Source: Styela clava
Taxonomy: Eukaryota
Direction: 5' to 3'
Length of the DNA: 64,000 bases
Assembly (NCBI RefSeq): GCF_964204865.1
Contig: NC_135262.1
Location: 7,688,001-7,752,000, forward strand
Shown here: piece after piece, positions 1 through 12,270 of the stretch
Numbering within the stretch: the first letter of the stretch is position 1
Layout of the letters: every line of letters begins with the position of its first letter
Translations under genes and position numbers: made by a program
Notes under the pieces: generated by a model
The model's database searches: none
The model's input: only the letters and a program-made list of their open reading frames with translations
Told to the model about the DNA's origin: nothing

Positions 1-2987
1 ATCTTACCAAAATTTTACATTTTTTTACAATTCCCAATATTCGAACTCAAAAAAGTTCGAAAAATCGCAGGAAAGCACCAAAATTTCTTTGTTGCATTGA
101 GTTCTCATGTTAGTCCTCTATTCATTGGTAAATTCTTTTTTTTGCCCCCGAGACCGGAAAAGTTCAAAAAAATTGGTTATCTTACCAAAATTTTCAATTT
201 TTTTACAATTCCCAATATTCGGACACAAAAAAGTTCGAAAAATCGCAGGAAAGCACCAAAATTTCGTCGTTGCATTGAGTTCTCATGTTAGTCTTCTATT
301 CATTGGTAAATTCTTTTTTTTGCCCCCGAGACCGGAAAAGTTCAAAAAAATTGGTTATCTTACCAAAATTTTCAATTTTTTTACAATTTCCAATATTCGG
401 ACACAAAAAAGTTCGAAAAATCGCAGGAAAGCACCAAAATTTCGTCGTTGCATTGAGTTCTCATGTTAGTCCTCTATTCATTGGTAAATTCTTTTTTTTG
501 CCCCCGAGACCGGAAAAGTTCAAAAAAATCGGTTATCTTACCAAAATTTTGAATTTTTTTACAATTTCCAATATTCGAACCCAAAAAAGTTCGAAAAATC
601 GCAGGAAAGCACCAAAATTTCTTTGTTGCATTGAGTTCTCATGTTAGTCCTCTATTCATTGGTAAATTCTTTTTTTTGCCCCCGAGACCGGAAAAGTTCA
701 AAAAAATCGGTTATCTTACCAAAATTTTGAATTTTTTTACAATTCCCAATATTCGAACCCAAAAAAGTTCGAAAAATCGCAGGAAAGCACCAAAATTTCT
801 TTGCTGTATTGAGTTCTCATGTTAGTCCTCTATTCATTGGTAAATTCTTTTTTTTGCCCCCGAAACCGGAAAAGTTCAAAAAAATTGGTTATCTTACCAA
901 AATTTTCAATATTTTTTACAATTCCCAATATTCAAACCCAAAAAAGTTCGAAAAATCGCAGGAAAGCACCAAAATTTCTTTGTTGCGTTGAGTTCTCGTG
1001 TCAGTCCTCTATTCATTGGTAATTTGATATTTTTGCCCCCAAGACCGGAAAAGTTCAAAAAAATCTGTTATCTTACCAAAATTTTACATTTTTTTACAAT
1101 TCCCAATATTCGAACTCAAAAAAGTTCGAAAAATCGCAGGAAAGCACCAAAATTTCTTTGTTGCATTGAGTTCTCATGTTAGTCCTCTATTCATTGGTAA
1201 ATTCTTTTTTTTGCCCCGAGACCGGAAGAATTCAAACAAATCGGTTATCTTACCAAAATTTTGAATTTTTTTACAATTCCCAATATTCGAACCCAAAAAA
1301 GTTCGAAAAATCGCAGGAAAGCACCAAAATTTCTTTGTTGCATTGAGTTCTCATGTTAGTCCTCTATTCATTGGTAAATTCTTTTTTTTGCCCCCGAGAC
1401 CGGAAAAGTTCAAAAAAATCGGTTATCTTACCAAAATTTTCAATTTTTTTACAATTTCCAATATTCAAACCCGAAAAAGTTTGAAAAATCGCAGGAAAGC
1501 ACCAAAATTTCTTTGTTGCGTTGAGTTCTCGTGTCAGTCCTCTATTCATTGGTGATTTGATATTTTTGCCCCCAAGACCGGAGAAGTTCAAAAAAATCTG
1601 TTATCTTACCAAAATTTTACATTTTTTTACAATTCCCAATATTCGAACTCAAAAAAGTTCGAAAAATCGCAGGAAAGCACCAAAATTTCTTTGTTGCATT
1701 GAGTTCTCATGTTAGTCCTCTATTCATTGGTAAATTCTTTTTTTTGCCCCCGAGACCGGAAAAGTTCAAAAAAATTGGTTATCTTACCAAAATTTTCAAT
1801 TTTTTTACAATTCCCAATATTCGGACACAAAAAAGTTCGAAAAATCGCAGGAAAGCACCAAAATTTCGTCGTTGCATTGAGTTCTCATGTTAGTCTTCTA
1901 TTCATTGGTAAATTCTTTTTTTTGCCCCCGAGACCGGAAAAGTTCAAAAAAATTGGTTATCTTACCAAAATTTTCAATTTTTTTACAATTTCCAATATTC
2001 GGACACAAAAAAGTTCGAAAAATCGCAGGAAAGCACCAAAATTTCGTCGTTGCATTGAGTTCTCATGTTAGTCCTCTATTCATTGGTAAATTCTTTTTTT
2101 TGCCCCCGAGACCGGAAAAGTTCAAAAAAATCGGTTATCTTACCAAAATTTTCAATTTTTTTACAATTTCCAATATTCGAACCCAAAAAAGTTCGAAAAA
2201 TCGCAGGAAAGCACCAAAATTTCTTTGTTGCATTGAGTTCTCATGTTAGTCCTCTATTCATTGGTAAATTCTTTTTTTTGCCCCCGAGACCGGAAAAGTT
2301 CAAAAAAATCGGTTATCTTACCAAAATTTTGAATTTTTTTACAATTCCCAATATTCGAACCCAAAAAAGTTCGAAAAATCGCAGGAAAGCACCAAAATTT
2401 CTTTGCTGTATTGAGTTCTCATGTTAGTCCTCTATTCATTGGTAAATTCTTTTTTTTGCCCCCGAAACCGGAAAAGTTCAAAAAAATTGGTTATCTTACC
2501 AAAATTTTCAATTTTTTTTACAATTCCCAATATTCAAACCCAAAAAAGTTTGAAAAATCGCAGGAAAGCACCAAAATTTCTTTGTTGCGTTGAGTTCTCG
2601 TGTCAGTCTTCTATTCATTCGTCAATTCATATTTTTGCCCCCAAGACCGGAAAAGTTCAAAAAAATTGGTTATCTTATCAAAATTTTCAATTTTTTTACA
2701 ATTTCCAATATTCGGACACAAAAAAGTTCGAAAAATCGCAGGAAAGCACCAAAATTTCGTTGTTGCATTGAGTTCTCATGTTAGTCCTCTATTCATTGGT
2801 AAATTCTTTTTTTTGCCCCCGAGACCGGAAAAGTTCAAAAAAATTGGTTATCTTACCAAAATTTTGAATTTTTTTACAATTCCCAATATTCGAACCCAAA
2901 AGAGTTCAAAAAATCGCAGGGAAGCACCAAAATTTTTGTCGCGTTAGGTTCTCATGTTAGTCCTCTATTCAGTGGTAAATTCATATT
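1..2987. repeat. 178-bp tandem satellite array (~16.8 monomers visible, open at window start) with 9-mer higher-order repeat
   Basis: GAGTTCTCATG recurs at 99, 277, 455 (period 178). Diagnostic variant monomers recur 1602 bp apart (1 vs 1603; ~990 vs ~2592), and the ORF-track peptides at 97 and 1699 are identical. Confidence 0.97.
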
Positions 2988-3096
2988 TACCATGAATCCA
3001 GGATAAATAGTGTAATATTGTAAATATATCTTCTGTTCCTCATTTCATGATTCAAGGCACACCCTGGTATGACACCCGGTACAATGCTTAAAACAT

Positions 3097-6000
3097 TTGG
3101 CTGGAATTTTGCTGGCATTGCGGTGGCGTATGTATCAGTCATCATACAAATGCTTGTTTTGCGGTTTGGATTGTTCAACTGGTTGCATTGAATGTTCTGG
3201 TTGTGAACGCTGGTGCCATTTCGATTGTGCCCGGATAGAAACCGAATTACGGCAACAATGGGGAGAAAAACATCTATCTTACTATTGTAAATCTTGTGTT
3301 TTTCTTGACCCTGGCTATGATTTCGAGGTGTCGATGAGAAGAGTTATGAACAAAATTGATCGTGTGAGTTTTGATACCAAAAATGTATATAAATGCCTGA
3401 AAGAAATAGCTGAGCAGGAGCAAATGCTGATGGACGCACATAAAGTAAAGCTTCCTGAGTTTCCAGAATCGAGGAATTTTCAGGGTGAATTAGATGAACC
3501 GTCCAATACTCTGTTACAACAATTGTCGCCATCGGTTTTAGATGAATATGAACCGATATATACGATAGGTGATGGAAATTGCCTGTATCGGGCAGTTTCT
3601 TTTGCTTTGTTTGGTACACAGGATCATTTCCTTCATCTTCGCTTCTTAACTATTATTGAAATTCTGTCTTATCCCCAGTGTTACGACATCGAGAGTACAA
3701 ATTTACATCCAGTCCTTAAAGACTTTAGGATCGTTACTCTGGATCTGAAAAACGTACTACATTGTGCAGCGACAATTGGCAGCCATTGTGGGATGGATTA
3801 CTTATTGGCTCTAGCCTCTTAGCGCCGCATTGAAAGTTTCATACAACTTCTTTCAGCCTTCTACCGGCCCAACAGACATGCGATCTCCCGCTTATTCAAT
3901 AAGTATCCAGGGTACGAAGGTTTCTTCGAGACGGGGTCCATATTTTTACATAATGTGGACTACAACAAATGTTCCTGCAAATTTTATTGATTTCGTACCC
4001 AATCACTTTGTTCCTTTATTAAAGAGACACCTTCGACAAAGTCAAAAATTGTCCTTGAATACTTGCATTGATCTGGAGGGACCAGGTCTGGAGATTTCAA
4101 ATTGCCACACTGAAGAATCTGAAAATATGATATCCAGTAGGCTTGCACGTAATTTACGGAATTACGTAATTATTTGGAGTTACGGAAGGGAAGTTACGAA
4201 TTACGTAAAGTCGTAATTATTGCATTGAAACGAGCTTTCTTCAAAGCAGTCAATTTCGTCGATTGCGAAAATGAAAGCTCAACAAGTAGAAGAAGTTAGA
4301 GTTCCGGTATTCGCAGCCGTTTTTCTCTCTCTTGTTACGTAGGTGAAGGAAGGCATGACGCGTTGCCATTCACTAACCTATTATCAACTTATCTGGCGTG
4401 GCCAATGTAAATTATTAACGTAGTTAATGGGGCAAGAACTGAGTGGGCAAGAACTGAGTAGGGCCGTTTGACGCCAACACACTTGGTTTTAACTTCTCCC
4501 GCAACTTAACCGTAGATAAGGGATAGAATTGCGTTGAGACCGATTGACGCCAACACACCTGGTTTCAACTCTCGCATCTTATCTAGCATGGCCATGGCCA
4601 ATGTACATATAACCGTAGATAGGGGGAAGAATTGTGTTAAGACAGATGGACGCTAACACGCCCGGTTTCAACTTCTTCGGGTGAAATGACTAATGAACGC
4701 AGGAGATCAATCTATCAAACATGGTCTATCAAACATTTGTATCCATTTTACTTTTATTTATTATTTACTTGTTCCAGTTTTCCGTTACTTATGGTATATA
4801 TGTTCCGTTTCTATTTTATAGTCACGCGTTTGAATAGTGGGAATTCCCCACCAAGTGTGGATTAGCAATGCTTAACCATTCTTTATTGTTAATATCAACA
4901 CTTGATATATGAACATGGAATATCATATTATTTTTGGCTGTTTCATTTCAGACTTGGGGTATAAACAGGAAAATATCCATAACCTTTCAACACGACTATC
5001 TTGTGAAATTTAACGAAGAGCTTTCGCGACGAATTGGAACCAAATAAGCGAAAAGAGCGATTGATCACTCGCGCCAATACCTCGCCGTGATAATTAATGT
5101 CGCGCTTATCAAATAGCAATATGACGACAAAAGAGAGATTGCGTAATGAACCAAAACGACGGATTCCTCGCGGACCGTTGAAAATTTAACTGCTATCGTA
5201 TATAAATAAATATGAGCCTGTGTGTTTATTCTGTGCGAGATCCATTTTCTATTACAAAATGTTGATGTTCTGTTAACGGTTTTATCGTTATATATCAGTC
5301 CGGACTTGGCCCTGCTCATGATGTTTTTCACAATTCCTCTCAATATTTCGGCCATATTTGATTAACTGTCTTACCAAATGCGGCAACTTATTTTGATTTA
5401 TCGTCGACTTGAATACCACCGGCACTCGACCAAACTTTTGTCAATCTTGGCCGATAGGATCGCCGACTTGAGTTAGCAAATAAATGTTGTGAGTGTAAAA
5501 TAAATGTCACAAAATGCATTGTTTTGCGATATAACTTTGTATTTTCGGAGAAGGCATGTCATATAAGTTCGGTATTTAAATTATACGCAAATAAATAATA
5601 TTTGATCTAAATTTATCGCAAATAATGTTATAAACATTCAGTCCGCGAAATGATTGAATGTAAAATGAAGCATGGTAATAGGAATATCGTCAATAAGTCG
5701 ACATCAATAATTATTATTATAAAAATGCTAACAAGGCAGTAATGTCGGATAATGCAGAAAACGCTGCAAAAACAAGTCTTCGTCGCGAGGAAATCGTTGT
5801 TTGTTAATAAATTAGAAACCCGTAATTTTTATTCAGTACTCAGGTGGTTTTAAAAAACTATCGTTTCCATAAATATCCGTATACCAGTGTCGGTAATGAT
5901 AAAATAAAATTGATCGCATAAAAATGGGACGGTTAATTTGCGAAGGTGATAAAGAAAAACCAAAGCTAACACAAAAGATAAAAATCAGAATAAAATTAAT

Positions 6001-8034
6001 TTGAATTCACTCCTTGATAGTTGTCTTTAACATCTGCCGCCGGCGTGTAGTACTGCCAAGAATAGGAAAACCCAACTTCAATGTCCCATTCGGAAAAAAA
6101 AGTGGATTCAATTGGTTGTTACGATAGGTTTAAATGCGTGGAAAAATATCGCAATTACGGGGTCATTACGTAATTGATTTTGCCGTAATTACGGAATTGA
6201 TTTTTGTCAATTACGTGCAAGCCTAATATCCAGTATGATTTATGCGCAGACTGACCAAAACACTGTAGACGAGGGCTGGCATGAGCTTCCGTTTGGTATT
6301 TTCTTGGGTATTTCAGAATTGTTGAAAATATTCAAAAACAAAACCGTGAAAGTTAGTCCTAGAATACCAACGGGGGAGAAAAACAACTGTTATTTCATAG
6401 TTGATCACAACGAAAACATACGCAGAAAAGAGAAAAAAGTGAAGCAAATTTTCGAAGACGATTGCGGAAGCTGGAAACAAACCAATTATACCTCCGCTCT
6501 GTATTTACTTCAAAATGACGAAGTTAAATATATTTATGAGAAAGGGGGGAGATTTTGCATAAGATCGCGCCACGGAAAAAAACTGTCATATCCAGTTATT
6601 GAGCCACAACCCAAAGCGAGTGAAATAGGGAGAATTGGACGTTATTATGCTCGGCAACCAACTGGCTATGAACGACGAATCACTTGGATCGATGGCCACA
6701 TTGGTATGAATGTGGCAGTAGTGGCAAGGGCATAATTCCTGGTCATACACCTCATGGAAATGCAAAGATAAACCAACAGGCGTACATAAGAACATCAGCA
6801 GACGTTATGGAAAATATTATATCTAAATGTGAAGGCGTTACTGCAAAAAAACTTTATGTTAATCTTCAACAACATGCGGAGGAAAACCCCAGAAATCTAA
6901 GGTTCAATCAAAAAAAGAAAAAGCAGGGAGCAGGAATAAAAATATATCATAAAAATTACGCTGACGAGATATTAGAGGTCATTAACATGGCGCAAACAAA
7001 CGAATTTGTACAAAAAGTAACCCACAGTAAAATGGAATCTGTTAATGTAACTTTATTCTTTGAAGAGCAATGCTTGGATCTGAAGCGGTTTTGTTGCTCA
7101 GGTAAAACTATTCTTGGGATTGATAAAACTTTCAATTTAGGACGAGTCTACGTCACAGTTACAGTTTTCAAAAATCTTTCCTTGCTGTCATGTAAATCCG
7201 GTGAACACCCATTGTTTTTCGGTCCTATATTTTTACACCACAAATCCACATTTACAGAATTTTTTACCAACATAAAATCCAAACTTGGTAGAAAGTTGGA
7301 TAACTTGACCGTTGGTACTGATGACAAATCGATCCTACACGGTGCTTTCACATCTTCTTCTCCGGATTCAACTCATGTCCTTTGCAGCAGACACATGAGG
7401 GAAAATTTAATAAATTATCCTAAGGATAAGGTCGGTACCAGTGAAAACCTCCGGAGATCAATTGTTAGTGAAGTTTTCGGTTTGTTTCATTGCCAAAATG
7501 AAAAAGAGTTTGATTCAAAGACTGAAGAAGTCGTATCGTACTGTAAAACCAGGTGCAAAGGTATTGTTGGATACCTAAAACAAGATTTCTTCCGTTATTT
7601 AAAAATAATATTTGGCAAAAAAAGTCACATACAAATGGATACCTATGGACAAATAACAACAACGAGTCCTTAAACCATGTATTGAAATGCGTTGCCAATT
7701 GGAGACAACATAAACTTTCTGATTTAATTCACATGCTTGGTGATATAATCAAGTCGTCGTATACCGATGTGAGAAAGGCACTGTTGAAGCAAGGACCATA
7801 CACGTTGTACGGACCATATGCCCAATTTTCGTTGTCCGTATACACTTGGATGCTGAAGTCGAACAAAATAAATATTTTAAAGATTTTTTACAACGTGTTC
7901 AGTTGTCTTCCCCTGATAAATGTCCTCCTCGTCTTTGTTCATCAACTGATGGTAAATTGCAAACAATAACTCCATCACAAACAGCTGGATTGAAAAAGGG
8001 AGAAAAAAGGAAGAGAAAGACTCGAAATATATAA
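3097..8034 (+). pseudogene. Decayed MULE/Mutator-like transposon polyprotein: PHD finger + OTU/vertnin-like Cys protease + DDE transposase; frameshifted and interrupted by hAT insertion
   Basis: PHD-type CxxC..C..CxxC..HxxC..CxxC (3097 ORF); OTU-like GDGNCLYRAVS and PNHFVPL; MULE motifs GIDKTFN, VGTDD, LCSRH (CxxH) and TNNNNES. Frameshifts near 3817, 6725, 7580 and 7860. Confidence 0.85.
4138..6225. mobile_element. Non-autonomous hAT DNA transposon (2088 bp)
   Basis: Perfect 17-bp TIR TAGGCTTGCACGTAATT (4138-4154 / 6209-6225); perfect 8-bp TSD ATATCCAG (4130-4137, 6226-6233); subterminal TTACG(G/T)AA repeats; no transposase ORF. Confidence 0.95.
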
Positions 8035-8189
8035 TTTTCATTAATGACTATTAAATATGTAGACCTTGATAGAGTCGGCCCTTGACACAATTCGTTAATA
8101 TGCCTAAGCAATAAACTTATTTTAATTGCATCAAGACATATACTAGCTTTTTTTCTCAGATATGCATGGCTATATTAAAAATGCAGTAG

Positions 8190-8776
8190 ATGACATAGCC
8201 GTTTTAGTAGGGACATAGCGGAAATAGCCATTTTAGTAGGGACATAGCCATTTTAGTAGGAACATAGCGGACATAGCCATTTTAGTAGGAAAATATCGGA
8301 GTCGCAATTTTAGATGGGACATAGCCATTTTAGTAGGGACATAGCGGACATACCCATTTTAGTAGGGACATAGCGGACATAGTCATTTTAGTAGGAAATT
8401 ATCTGAGTCGCAATTTTAGATGGGACATAGCCATTTTAGTAGGGACATAGTGGACATAGCCATTTTAGTAGGGACATAGCGGACATAGTCAATTTAGTAC
8501 GGACATAGCGGACATAGTCATTTTAGTAGGGACATAGCGGACATAGTCATTTTAGTAGGAAAATATCGGAGTCGTAATTTTAGATGGGACATAGCCATTT
8601 TAGTAGGAACATAGCGGACATAGCCATTTTAGTGGGGACATAGCGGACATAGTCATTTTAGTAGGAAAATATCGGAGTCGCAATTTTAGATGGGACATAG
8701 CCATTTTAGTAGGGACATAGCGGACATAGCCATTTTAGTAGGGACATAGCGGACATATGGGACATAGCCATTTTAT
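8190..8776. repeat. Compound minisatellite (GGGACATAGCGGACATAGCCATTTTAGTA units with interspersed GGAAAATATCGGAGTCGCAATTTTAGAT)
   Basis: Directly visible tandem 20/29-bp units and four copies of the 28-bp spacer unit. Confidence 0.93.
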
Positions 8777-8929
8777 AACTACCCATTGTGGCAGCGGTTT
8801 GTAAAAATCGGATCGAATTAAATATAGTACTGTAACTGTAGTAGGACTGCAGGGAGAGAAGTGAAATGTTAAAAGATAGGCTTAGCTGTAGAGATGTTCT
8901 CTGCATGTACCTGTGCTAGTTCTCTTTTG

Positions 8930-9819
8930 GGGTCTCGTGTAGTTTCGTACCTAACGTACTTCTGTACTTCTAGAGGGCGTAGCATAACAATTTTTTGATA
9001 TGTCAACCCTAACCCCCATCCAAAAATTAAATCACTACGACATCACAATCACGGCATACCGGTAGAGCTTGCCAAATATACGCACGATCGATCGAAACGG
9101 CATTGGCGCCGACGATAAAAAACTGGAGGCGCAGTCCTTACCACTTCATGGCAGCTCCTGCCACGAACGAACCGCGGCAGCTCTTGCCATGGTTTTATAG
9201 CGCTATTCAGTATTAACGGTATATTCACAAATTAATGTACGAGATTTTAATTGATTATGTAGAATTATATCTACTTAAACCCTAACCCCAAATCAATCAA
9301 AACTGTATCCATAAGAAAAACGTTCCAACTTACCCAATATTTGTCACCATAATAGACAGCCCTGTCTCTACGGCCCACCTGCCGCGGTTACGGCAGCAAA
9401 ATTTTACCTGCCATTGGTTTCCAATTTGCTGCCGCGGTAACGGCAGCTCGACATTGGTTTGTGGCAGCTAAAAAGTCAGTTGCCATGAGTTGGGCCGTAG
9501 CGGTCATGGTATGGAAATACTGCCATGGTTTTGCGGCAGCTGCAGATGCCACAGAATACTTGAAACTGCACTTGAAAAACTGACTGACGTTATCGGTTGC
9601 GACGAGTAAACTAACTGTTCGATTTCGGGTGCTCGTTTGCGCGTCTTGGATGGCAGTTTGTATAGTTTGAAGGGCTCTACCGGTATTACGTCACTGTGAC
9701 GTCGTAATGACGTAATTTTTGGATGGTGTAGTCACAGGTGGGGGTTAGGATTGCTACGTGAAAAAAATTTCATGCTACCCCCACTAGAAGTATGTTAGGT
9801 AAGAAACTACATGAGACCC
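8930..9819. mobile_element. Fold-back MITE with long imperfect TIRs
   Basis: GGGTCTCGTGTAGTTTCGTACCTAAC... / ...GTTAGGTAAGAAACTACATGAGACCC; inverted similarity extends ~140 bp (CCGGTAGAGC / GCTCTACCGG). TSD CTCTTTTG at 8922-8929 and 9820-9827 (6 bp TCTTTT if the ends are taken one base wider). Confidence 0.88.
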
Positions 9820-10169
9820 CTCTTTTGTATTTTCATTATCAAGTTTTCTGGTTTGACGGAAATACCGTAAGATGAGATTTTATTTCGATTCATTTGCAAA
9901 AGCAAGATAAACATATATACACAAAAGATTAAATTAATAAATTCTCTCTCTCTCATCGCTGCTTCCATTTTCTACCTATCATATTACTAAATTATTGATA
10001 GTTGCAGCACTACGGTACCGGTACCGGTAATAATGTTGTGGGGAAGGAATCTTTTAATCCTTTCTTGAAAAATATTTTTCCTTAATTTGTAAATCCCATC
10101 ATCTGACCATGTACCGCAATTTGTTCATGAGTGAATATCATACCTCAACTTATTTCTATTTACGTAGAA

Positions 10170-12014
10170 ATGGTAATCTTGACTAGATTTTTGCCTCTCT
10201 TGTCACTAAACCATGTCAGGGTTAGTGGTAACTGTTACTGGAGACTTTACAGTAGCACAGTAAAATGGAATGAATATTGTTGGCGAACTCACACCTGTGG
10301 CGAGTTACAGAAAAATCATATTGGTGATGAAGTCACTCTATGCGGTTGGGTTGAATTCAAACGAATGAAAAAATTTGTTGTGTTGCGAGACTGGCATGGG
10401 CAAGTTCAGATTTTATTAAAATCTGGCAACACGAAAAATTTTGCCTTGGAATCTGTAATTAAAGCAAGAGGCGTGGTGAATCCTCGTCCTGAAAAGGATA
10501 TCAATCCAAATATGTCAACTGGCGATATCGAACTTCATGCCAACGAAATTGAAATTTTGAATCCATGCACTGCGCTTGGTTTTTCTATTCACGATTTCAA
10601 TCATAAAAATGAAGATGTTCGAATGAAGTTCAGATATCTGGATATCCGCACCGAACAAATGCAAAAAAGATTACGAATCAGATCAAAACTTATCTCATCG
10701 ATGAGAGAGTTTTTAATACATCAATATGGCTTCATTGAAGTTGAAACACCAACTTTATTTCGACCCACTCCAGGGGGAGCAAGAGAGTTTCTGGTTCCAT
10801 CGTCAGTGGGCCCTGATTTATATTACACCCTACCACAAAGCCCACAACAATTCAAGCAATTATTAATGGTAGGAGGTATAGACAGATATTTTCAAGTTGC
10901 TAGATGTTATCGTGATGAAACGACTAGACCAGATCGGCAACCTGAGTTTTCACAATTGGATATTGAAATGTCATTCGTATCATCTGAAGATGTTGTAAAT
11001 CTCACTGAAAATTTGATTAAAAGTTGCTGGCCTTATGATCTAGGAAACAAAAAATTTCCAAAACTTTCTCTTGCCGATGCTATTGATAAATATGGCACTG
11101 ATAAACCTGATACAAGATTCAAAATGACTCTTTCAGATATTACGACAATTTTGAATCAAGAAACTGAAATTATTGATAAGTCTGACACTGTCAATGCATT
11201 GGTTATCCCCCAAAATCATAGTAACGTTTTAGATAAAACTGGAATTGAAAACGTTTATAAGATGAAAACAAAATATTTTTCAGACAGTCCGTCACAAGAT
11301 TCAGTACTATTGGTCAACAAAAATGACGATTTTGATCATTTATTTGGCATCAATCTACAGCTTCAAACCTTGACTACAAAAAAACTTTTGTCAAACTTAA
11401 AACTGAATGAGGGTGATATTGTATGGATTGGTTGGGACGGCTTCGCAAAAGTAAAAGAAAAACTAGGAAAAATTAGATTGTTTGTTGCTGATGCATTGGA
11501 AGTAGCTGGCATTGAACTTCGTCCACCTGAACAATATAATTTTGTTTGGATATCTGATTTTCCATTATTTGATGTAAATTCTGATGAAGGATTGAAACCT
11601 GTTCATCACCCGTTTACAGCTCCACATCCTGATGATGTTTCATTGCTTGAATCAGAGCCAACAAAAATCCGCAGTCTTGCTTATGATCTTGTTTTAAACG
11701 GGAGTGAAATTGCAGGAGGATCAATCCGGATTCATGATTCTTCTCTTCAAAAAAGGATTCTCGATGATTTTCTTAAAATTGATTCTTCAAAATTAGAACA
11801 TTTACTTGAAGCATTAAAATCTGGTGCTCCACCTCATGGTGGAATTGCAATCGGTTTGGACCGCTTAGTTGCGGAATTGTGCAATGCAAAGAGTATTCGT
11901 GATGTTATAGCCTTTCCAAAATCTGTTGTGGGAAGGGATATGTTGTGTGGATCTCCATGTAAACCTGATAATGATACTCTTGAACATTTTTTTCTTAAAA
12001 ATATAAAATCCTAA
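10170..12014 (+). CDS. DARS2: Mitochondrial aspartyl-tRNA synthetase, intronless
   Basis: RTHTCGEL, OB-fold, YTLPQSPQQFKQLLMVGG, ARCYRDE..RPDRQPEFSQLDIEM, GAPPHGGIAIGLDR, IRDVIAFPK; N-terminal extension resembling a transit peptide. First in-frame ATG is at 10170 (the track starts at a GTG). Confidence 0.96.
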   Translation: MVILTRFLPLLSLNHVRVSGNCYWRLYSSTVKWNEYCWRTHTCGELQKNHIGDEVTLCGWVEFKRMKKFVVLRDWHGQVQILLKSGNTKNFALESVIKARGVVNPRPEKDINPNMSTGDIELHANEIEILNPCTALGFSIHDFNHKNEDVRMKFRYLDIRTEQMQKRLRIRSKLISSMREFLIHQYGFIEVETPTLFRPTPGGAREFLVPSSVGPDLYYTLPQSPQQFKQLLMVGGIDRYFQVARCYRDETTRPDRQPEFSQLDIEMSFVSSEDVVNLTENLIKSCWPYDLGNKKFPKLSLADAIDKYGTDKPDTRFKMTLSDITTILNQETEIIDKSDTVNALVIPQNHSNVLDKTGIENVYKMKTKYFSDSPSQDSVLLVNKNDDFDHLFGINLQLQTLTTKKLLSNLKLNEGDIVWIGWDGFAKVKEKLGKIRLFVADALEVAGIELRPPEQYNFVWISDFPLFDVNSDEGLKPVHHPFTAPHPDDVSLLESEPTKIRSLAYDLVLNGSEIAGGSIRIHDSSLQKRILDDFLKIDSSKLEHLLEALKSGAPPHGGIAIGLDRLVAELCNAKSIRDVIAFPKSVVGRDMLCGSPCKPDNDTLEHFFLKNIKS

Positions 12015-12270
12015 AATTCATAATTTGTGTTATTAAATATTTAATTTTAGTATACTTAGTGCTAGAATAAAGAAAACTGTTTCGTGTTTTTCGATCATCT
12101 TTTTATATAAATTCAAGGCATTCAAAACCCCCACTTGTGATTACTTTTTCAATTGATTCAGTTATTAATTCAGAATCATCTCATCCTATTCAATGAACAC
12201 TAAGAAATATTAATTATATTTCTCTATTTTTAATTTCACAGATTTTGTTGTATGATATATTACCAATGCA

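Noticed and set aside
97-2947. Many repeated 60-120 aa ORFs
   Set aside because: They are translations of the 178-bp satellite.
8190-8776. CRISPR-like repeat appearance (also 4430-4680)
   Set aside because: Spacers are themselves repeated, there are no cas genes, and the context is eukaryotic.
10131-12014. Bacterial aspS by horizontal transfer or contamination
   Set aside because: It has an N-terminal targeting-like extension, a poly(A) signal and animal gene neighbours; the bacterial-type fold is expected for DARS2.
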